Shown here piece after piece: positions 62,701 through 64,000 of a DNA stretch of 64,000 bases. Origin of the DNA: Botryllus schlosseri. Its lineage: Eukaryota. The notes beneath the pieces were generated by a model. The model was not told where the DNA came from and ran no database searches. It worked only from the letters and a program-made list of their open reading frames with translations. The stretch spans positions 23,064,001 through 23,128,000 of the forward strand of contig CM119380.1 in NCBI GenBank assembly GCA_051294905.1, written 5' to 3'. How positions within the stretch are numbered: position 1 is the stretch's first letter; every line of letters starts with the position of its first letter. Position numbers and translations under genes: made by a program.

Positions 62701-63330
62701 TCGATTCCAGTCGCAGGCGACACGGGGCTTTCGAATCGGAGCTACAAGCACCAGATTGGGAGTCTGTAAATGAACTGCAGGAGATGATATCATCATTGGA
62801 TGATGTTACGAACGTAGTGCGTTGCCGCGATAACAAAGCGCTTTCCGTTGGCCGTGATCCAATCGAGGCCGTGTCCTCTCAAGAGAGTATTATGTCAGTT
62901 GGTGGTAACGGTCGTGGTGGGGAATTGGGATTCGGGAGGCCTAGAAGTCGACATCTTGTCAGCCCGCAGGAGAGCATGCTTAGGAAGGCGAGGCAGAAAG
63001 AGCCGTTACCTACCCCTCCCACGTCAAGCCCGACGCACGAAGGGGGGAGGAGAAACCGTAGGGGCAGCTCTGGGAGGAGAAAAAAGACTACGGTTAGGGA
63101 GTCTCTGCCCCCTCCACCCACGCCACCACCCCCGAATATATCCCCGCCTGTACGCCGAGCTCGGCCCGTGGATAACCGGCTCGTACCGGATTCGAATCGT
63201 ACTCTGCGATCAGAAAAGCGCTACGTTTCCGAGTCACCTTCTTATGATAAATCAAGTACTATTGGATACGGCGTTGAAAGTACTAAATCGGATACCGCTG
63301 TAATAGCGCGAAGCAAAAGCATTCGTAACA
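8306..63330 (+). CDS. PTK2: Focal adhesion kinase (FAK/PYK2 family), 5' partial multi-exon gene: long N-terminal extension + FERM domain + long linker; kinase domain beyond window
   Basis: Exons 49857-58498 translate to DKSLIKIHQANG..GIILAIASRI..LRLLHAPSGQVHWLHPNL..YELRVRYLP..IQLGCLEIRRFFKDL..KKSNFELLE..FKCALG..IGPEKGISY..AENIADLIDGYC, matching the FAK FERM domain as I recall it (VHWLH, YELRIRYLP, LGCLEIRR, FKCALG, AENMADLIDGYC). The 14 upstream exons join in frame with matching GT-AG phases. Exons are listed separately below. Confidence 0.93.
8850..9160. mobile_element. Degenerate hAT-like fragment (TAAGGTTACCATATTTT end; two GGTTGACTAAA(A)nGGTC motifs)
   Basis: End motif resembles the 358-1489 TIR; a matching opposite-type end AAATATGGTAACCC lies at ~30886-30900. 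Confidence 0.4.
9532..13565 (-). mobile_element. Full-length Sola2-type DNA transposon (4,034 bp)
   Basis: Termini GGGTCAGATCATGTCAAGTGATCCA...TGGATCACTTGACATGATCTGACCC; imperfect TIRs of ~500 bp (9532-~10045, ~13063-13565); 4-bp TSD TGTA at 9528-9531 and 13566-13569. GRG termini, long TIRs and a 4-bp TSD fit Sola2 as described by Bao et al. 2009 (from memory). Confidence 0.85.
10367..12946 (-). CDS. Sola-type DD(D/E) transposase, 859 aa, uninterrupted
   Basis: Motifs CVCTIHQN, MDFAENY, YFSDGCAAQYKN and WSFFATSHGKSPCDGVGGTVKR; located between the TIRs. Confidence 0.88.
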   Translation of the reverse strand: MDTCSIGSVLEAVCHIKAYRYQKQKLVSLDDLNDEERELLKIRVGAECNINTSTGADLLTTGTICTFHKYKFLDTYSASYKSCCDVFEGHTRPIKKQLGIISLNWFKRIKHHDSSLNIIPGRKLCNNCRYKMEKKLEGNPDTSLSTSGSELEEIQSQFEADSSLSSLNKSLHAVGESPLKLHALSGNRKIRYGKRKLEELNLNVRTKLATVLHVDEIQELVETGKEEYENEAAFENIISEMKEKISSPNSTRAQKIQVLTMAPENWPRKKISEIFGVSERLVRHAKEQRKENGVFSLPPPRKGKMLSDETIETVVKFFENNEHSRLMPGMKDRVSIKKKVYKQKRLLLCTLKELYTLFKQQNPHVKIGFTKFCELRPKWCVSAGSSGTHAVCVCTIHQNVVLMLHAAHIEETYKDLLQLSVCNIENRDCMLQRCSNCPGFEPVQELLNSKFEDVDEPISFKQWVSVDRTDLITQTLSVTEFIQLLLKRLANLAPHHHISHSQSLYLKNRKQDMDHQTALVLMDFAENYSFHIQDEAQGYHWTHRSCTVHPVVCYYKSASNEILHFSLCFLSEELLHDAVMVYLIQRKTIQVLKATIPDLDNIEYFSDGCAAQYKNRKSFYNLCKHNDDFKVDAAWSFFATSHGKSPCDGVGGTVKRATAMESLRRPLNDQILNVEGMMSYCVPNLQKIKFINLLKDELDATKYFLETRFQLAATVKGTRAFHHFRPLSSTKLGAKRVSQDEHYALEVELNEDSENQEHILQSEIIQNQFVCAVYDKKWYIGMVIELDKLNNDALVNFMHRKGPSLFFHWPQNKDCCWTPFQHILCTVDVPSLVNSRGQYELSKESKVKVDRGWEKYHKR
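14188..14213. repeat. (TA)n microsatellite running into an A-tract
   Basis: tatatatatatatatataaaaaaaa. Confidence 0.85.
14916..15005 (+). CDS. PTK2: FAK N-terminal extension exon (GSGKRVKVLHLPSQDLPPELDEETYIESTE)
   Basis: ttcttcgtag| acceptor, |gtgag donor, phase 1-1. Confidence 0.65.
15092..15956. mobile_element. Non-autonomous TIR element (GGGCAAGTTTTTG ends)
   Basis: GGGCAAGTTTTTG at 15095 and CAAAAACTTGCCC ending at 15956; subterminal GCAACTT repeats; flanked by the 10-bp direct repeat TAGTTATCAG (15082-15091, 15957-15966). Confidence 0.65.
18473..18628 (-). mobile_element. tRNA-derived SINE copy
   Basis: Head AGATAGTGTAATGG..GGTCCGATCCCCGG (A/B-box like), body GGGTCATACCAAAGACT..GGCGCTCAGCA, A-rich tail. 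The body resembles my memory of the Meta-domain SINE. Confidence 0.8.
20848..21050 (+). mobile_element. tRNA-derived SINE copy (same family)
   Basis: AGATAGCGTAATGGTGAAGCGTCCGGCTTC..GGTTCGATCTCCGGCCGGGTCAGACC..GGCGCTCATGCA. Confidence 0.8.
21433..21496 (+). CDS. PTK2: FAK N-terminal extension exon (DFLHPDTKVARRRESSPASALV)
   Basis: tttttag| acceptor, |gtgagt donor; phase 1-2 bridges the flanking exons. Confidence 0.6.
22186..22683 (+). CDS. PTK2: FAK N-terminal extension exon (AREKSSDQ...SIFSFVKKFSK...RSKTIFEKG)
   Basis: 498-nt GC-rich open frame, aacag| acceptor, |gtaag donor, phase 2-2. Confidence 0.75.
24387..24490 (+). CDS. PTK2: FAK N-terminal extension exon (RQIQQVQRSPVPDRK...KYQKQ)
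   Basis: cacag| acceptor, |gtaagt donor, phase 2-1. Confidence 0.7.
25040..25215 (-). mobile_element. tRNA-derived SINE copy (same family)
   Basis: Reverse complement AGATAGCGTAATTG..CCGGCTTC..GGTTCGATCCC..CAAAGACC..GGCGCTCAGCA..GCAAGACTTAGAAAGCC. Confidence 0.78.
25433..25599 (+). CDS. PTK2: FAK N-terminal extension exon (DRTQLRIPP...DHLYAKVNKRR...PISD)
   Basis: ttttcccag| acceptor, |gtaag donor, phase 1-0. Confidence 0.75.
26223..26307 (+). CDS. PTK2: FAK N-terminal extension exon (EDDPYSLPEDHRIK...NSP)
   Basis: gttcag| acceptor, |gtgca donor, phase 0-1. Confidence 0.65.
26944..27028 (+). CDS. PTK2: FAK N-terminal extension exon (EVFSNRGASAEEEYDPYTYYKPVDSVPG)
   Basis: ttgcag| acceptor, |gtaagt donor, phase 1-2. 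Confidence 0.72.
27566..27683 (+). CDS. PTK2: FAK N-terminal extension exon (DRTLDAVDKFLSGLEDDD...SYHN)
   Basis: tgacag| acceptor, |gtgag donor, phase 2-0. Confidence 0.7.
28322..28402 (+). CDS. PTK2: FAK N-terminal extension exon (TLKESEQALEKAQRKPQRTQSILQKIK)
   Basis: cttttag| acceptor, |gtatc donor, phase 0-0. Confidence 0.68.
29130..30075 (-). mobile_element. hAT transposase remnant
   Basis: Minus-strand TTAAVERSFSNLGKLLSKDRHF at ~29575-29645 matches the hAT C-terminal dimerisation motif (SAxxERxFS); TAGGG-type end at 30075; boundaries approximate. Confidence 0.6.
30421..30550 (+). CDS. PTK2: FAK N-terminal extension exon (DSTLSHLRPDPAPIHPPKSPRR...QTRH)
   Basis: ctacag| acceptor, |gtaac donor, phase 0-1. 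Confidence 0.68.
31550..32137 (+). mobile_element. Unclassified structured, poly(A)-tailed retroposon-like element
   Basis: GC-rich island of back-to-back inverted repeats ending in A14 (32124-32137); 5' boundary approximate; no tRNA head and no convincing TSD. Confidence 0.55.
33230..33264 (+). CDS. PTK2: FAK N-terminal extension micro-exon (VPLLTCSLIRSK), tentative
   Basis: ccttgcag| acceptor, |gtgagc donor; the best short exon I found that bridges phase 1 to 0; chosen by phase only. Confidence 0.4.
33396..33531 (+). CDS. PTK2: FAK N-terminal extension exon (DSLRRIQSEK...ESPYAVINK...GRK)
   Basis: ttttcgcag| acceptor, |gtaag donor, phase 0-1. Confidence 0.68.
35900..37700 (-). mobile_element. 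Highly decayed CR1/L2-like LINE reverse transcriptase remnant
   Basis: Collinear degenerate motifs on the - strand across frames: TGPDNS (~37520; KxxGPD), AWKS..P..F.G (~37360; WKxAxVxP), NRQPS (~37310; NYRPIS), TQFYG..RRC (~37140; QxGFR..RSC), PPFAYSD (~36400; LFADD). Eye alignment only. Confidence 0.45.
38800..39150 (-). mobile_element. Possible second decayed LINE RT C-terminal remnant
   Basis: QDC..LQRV..DLDRL..FLGTEI resembles the CR1/L2 pattern DC..LQ.DLD.L..YLGV.I. Confidence 0.25.
47030..47340 (-). mobile_element. Possible third decayed LINE RT remnant
   Basis: PLFADNR..YIQS resembles RLFADD..Y..I.S. Confidence 0.3.
48560..49100 (-). mobile_element. Possible decayed Penelope-like RT remnant
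   Basis: FLSKHHFQWD..HPSLANI..KINHLNKPIIPFTIMSSSS resembles Penelope RT (xxNxFxF, APxxANI, FxxxLNxxxxxIxFTxE); weak. Confidence 0.3.
49509..49611 (+). CDS. PTK2: FAK exon preceding FERM (GFEEDTENWIP...MNRNKQPSLPPSNRH)
   Basis: ttttgcag| acceptor, |gtaagt donor, phase 1-2; links the extension to the FERM exons; internal in-frame ATG at 49565. Confidence 0.75.
49857..49959 (+). CDS. PTK2: FAK FERM exon (NTPNFSNFDKSLIKIHQANGSLSTVKYAESINIK)
   Basis: gtttcag| acceptor, |gtgag donor; start of the FERM F1 lobe. Confidence 0.88.
50781..50956 (+). CDS. PTK2: FAK FERM exon (GIILAIASRI...VHWLHPNL...DPDEC)
   Basis: FAK-type VHWLH motif; canonical splice sites, phase 0-2. Confidence 0.93.
52324..52839 (+). 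mobile_element. hAT-type MITE, copy 1 (516 bp)
   Basis: TIRs TAGGGCTGGGCA / TGCCCAGCCCTA; ACTCG/CGAGT subterminal repeats; flanked by TTTATTAG and CTTATTAG. Confidence 0.88.
52848..53362 (-). mobile_element. hAT-type MITE, copy 2 (515 bp), inverted relative to copy 1
   Basis: Reverse complement of copy 1 over its whole length; flanked by CTTATTAG on both sides. Confidence 0.88.
54144..54231 (+). CDS. PTK2: FAK FERM exon (YELRVRYLPKSLQELYDKDRTTFYYYYNQ)
   Basis: YELRxRYLP motif; canonical splice sites. Confidence 0.95.
54915..55057 (+). CDS. PTK2: FAK FERM exon (VHTDYL...IAIQLGCLEIRRFFKDLP...KKSNFELLE)
   Basis: LGCLEIRR and KKSN motifs; canonical splice sites. Confidence 0.95.
56246..56441 (+). 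CDS. PTK2: FAK FERM exon (REVGLSKFLPK...KFFDIL...FKCALG)
   Basis: FKCALG motif; canonical splice sites. Confidence 0.95.
56551..56655 (+). CDS. PTK2: FAK FERM exon (TEWSVSVDILIGPEKGISYWTSKGATPTLLAEFHQ)
   Basis: IGPExGISY motif; canonical splice sites. Confidence 0.93.
56771..57010. mobile_element. Degenerate fragment of the TAGGGCTGGG MITE family
   Basis: tagggctgggcctagggctggg..gagtacctggatgattcgattccgag resembles the end of copy 2; further traces at ~22050-22130, ~43100 and ~60097. Confidence 0.5.
57135..57215 (+). CDS. PTK2: FAK FERM exon (VKAIQTSSSTDPTKKGALQLRIEGTNE)
   Basis: KGxLQLxI motif; canonical splice sites. Confidence 0.92.
57618..57734 (+). CDS. PTK2: FAK FERM exon (PLTITTSSLFEAENIADLIDGYCCMV...)
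   Basis: AENxADLIDGYC motif; canonical splice sites. Confidence 0.95.
57839..57878. repeat. 20-bp tandem duplication
   Basis: TCTGATGTTGCTGTTATGT(T) x2. Confidence 0.85.
58390..58498 (+). CDS. PTK2: FAK post-FERM Pro-rich linker exon (NKRELPPPPMGG...)
   Basis: Resembles the FAK ERALPSIP linker; tttcag| acceptor, |gtaag donor, phase 0-1. Confidence 0.85.
58619..58666. repeat. 24-bp perfect tandem duplication
   Basis: GCGCTCTCACGGCGGTATCTTTGT x2. Confidence 0.9.
58905..59209 (-). CDS. LRR-Ig gene exon 9 (end of Ig2, TM, cytoplasmic tail)
   Basis: FDAAYIEATYV + hydrophobic helix + RKHR stop-transfer; TAG at 58905-58907. Confidence 0.8.
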
Positions 63331-63900
63331 GTAAGTAATTCGATTTGTTTGTCCCGCGCGTTTGTATATACCTGGTAGAGTTCTGAGTCTGTTGCTGTCT
63401 AGGTACAGTCCGGATAGCTTATCTAGCCTTGTAAATGTTTGTGGCGCGATCGTGGTAATCTTGTTGCCGGATAGATGCAAGCTAAAAATCGTGAAAGGGT
63501 AGTGGTTAGTAACACTTGTGTCTACCAGCTCCGCGCACCTTTCCAGTCGCTGTAGTCCTTTAAACGCGTCTACGTGTATCGCGACAATTAGGTTGTCGTG
63601 TAGGTCCAGCTCTGTCAGCCAATACGTGCTTTGAAAGTCGCCAGCACGCAGCGCGGTGATGTTATTTCTGGTAATTATCACGAATGATGTAACAGCTGCG
63701 CTCTCTCATTCCTATAAGACTGACAGTAAAACTCACCCGTACAACAGAAGTCTCGACATCATACGCGAAGGTAGAGCCCGTGGTACCTGCCCCAATCCCA
63801 TTTTGTGGCACATGGTAGTGGAACCGCATAGTTTGCAAGGACACGCGCCTTCTGCGGCGATATATCCCGTCAAAGCGACAACAATCCACAGTAGCTGCAT
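58905..63900 (-). CDS. LRR and Ig-domain single-pass membrane protein (signal peptide-LRRNT-LRRs-LRRCT-Ig-Ig-TM-short tail), 512 aa, complete
   Basis: Exons 63900-63737, 63667-63539, 63481-63372, 61584-61425, 60851-60743, 60678-60511, 60452-60282, 59955-59733 and 59209-58905 sum to 1539 nt = 513 codons including the stop. Features: MQLLWIVVALTGYIAAEG signal peptide; CPCKLCG..C LRRNT; LTELDLHDNLI and LRRLESINLRSNPLTCDC LRRs; LHCNASGNP..W..DSGEYAC and LRCEATGSP..W..GLWRCRAHNTLG Ig domains; hydrophobic LILVATGCAVVAVVVAAALMV segment. The C-terminal end is less certain because of an alternative donor at 59015. Confidence 0.88.
59733..59955 (-). CDS. LRR-Ig gene exon 8 (Ig2)
   Basis: LTLRCEATGSPRPAIEW..DEHKGLWRCRAHNTL; ends at a GC donor. 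Confidence 0.85.
60282..60452 (-). CDS. LRR-Ig gene exon 7 (Ig1 C-half)
   Basis: NGTLRIDGLRKSDSGEYAC. Confidence 0.88.
60511..60678 (-). CDS. LRR-Ig gene exon 6 (Ig1 N-half)
   Basis: ALLHCNASGNPLPLLVWK. Confidence 0.87.
60743..60851 (-). CDS. LRR-Ig gene exon 5 (LRRCT)
   Basis: Completes KRWL..C..TCVQPEI; phases 2-0 match the neighbouring exons. Confidence 0.78.
60960..61330. repeat. Diverged tandem duplication, ~185-bp unit x2
   Basis: Shared blocks gtattgtgtgg..tgtagttgagttt..tagatccg.tcaacgc..tcgcatgcgc..gtttagcgaaga..ctacgtcat occur twice. Confidence 0.8.
61425..61584 (-). CDS. LRR-Ig gene exon 4 (LRR, start of LRRCT)
   Basis: LTRLNLADNEI..LESINLRSNPLTCDCD. Confidence 0.9.
61987..63330 (+). 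CDS. PTK2: Large 448-codon exon, probably the FAK linker (DPYATIDD...DSLYARV...DVYAVV...DVYAVI...PPPPTPPPP)
   Basis: ORF 61974-63338; donor AACA|GTAAGT at 63331. The phase-1 acceptor gaag| at 61986 gives a 1344-nt phase 1-1 exon. DPYATID resembles the FAK Y397 context DDYAEII. The acceptor position and membership in FAK are inferred. Confidence 0.62.
63372..63481 (-). CDS. LRR-Ig gene exon 3 (LRRs)
   Basis: LHLSGNKITTIAPQTFTRLDKLSGLYLDSNRLRTLP. Confidence 0.9.
63539..63667 (-). CDS. LRR-Ig gene exon 2 (LRRs)
   Basis: NNITALRAGDF..LTELDLHDNLIVAIHVDAFKGLQRLE. Confidence 0.9.
63737..63900 (-). CDS. LRR-Ig gene exon 1 (signal peptide, LRRNT)
   Basis: ATG at 63900; donor GG|GTGAGT, phase 2. Confidence 0.85.
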
Positions 63901-64000
63901 CGCTCAGGAGTATCAGATTTCATTCCAGTAGCCATGCGACATTGCTCAACCTTCCTACGCAGCTGTCATGTAACAAACAAGAGCTAAAACAAATCTGATT

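Overview
Animal genomic DNA, intron-rich and about 40% GC; a marine invertebrate origin is a guess from composition only. Most of the window is the 5' part of one + strand gene, a focal adhesion kinase (FAK/PTK2-PTK2B family) homologue. I assembled 24 exons by hand (8306-63330) with consistent GT-AG phases. They encode an unusual ~710-aa low-complexity, Tyr-motif-rich N-terminal extension, a clear FAK-type FERM domain (49857-57734) and a 448-codon linker exon; the kinase domain lies beyond the window. A complete 9-exon, 512-aa signal peptide-LRR-Ig-Ig-TM gene (58905-63900, - strand) is nested antisense in it, with the large FAK exon sitting inside one of its introns, and it uses a GC-AG intron. 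A third, unrecognised single-pass membrane protein gene (2676-5882, - strand) lies head-to-head with FAK. Mobile DNA includes an intact 4,034-bp Sola2-type DNA transposon (859-aa ORF, ~500-bp TIRs, TGTA TSD), hAT-type non-autonomous elements with TSDs, an inverted pair of MITEs sharing one target site, tRNA-derived SINEs and decayed CR1/L2-like and Penelope-like RT remnants. There is also a ~590-nt, densely stem-looped, poly(A)-tailed element at 31550-32137 that I cannot assign. A ~13-kb CpG-rich domain of heavily diverged repeats fills the 16-kb FAK intron. All gene models and alignments were made by eye; no database searches were run.
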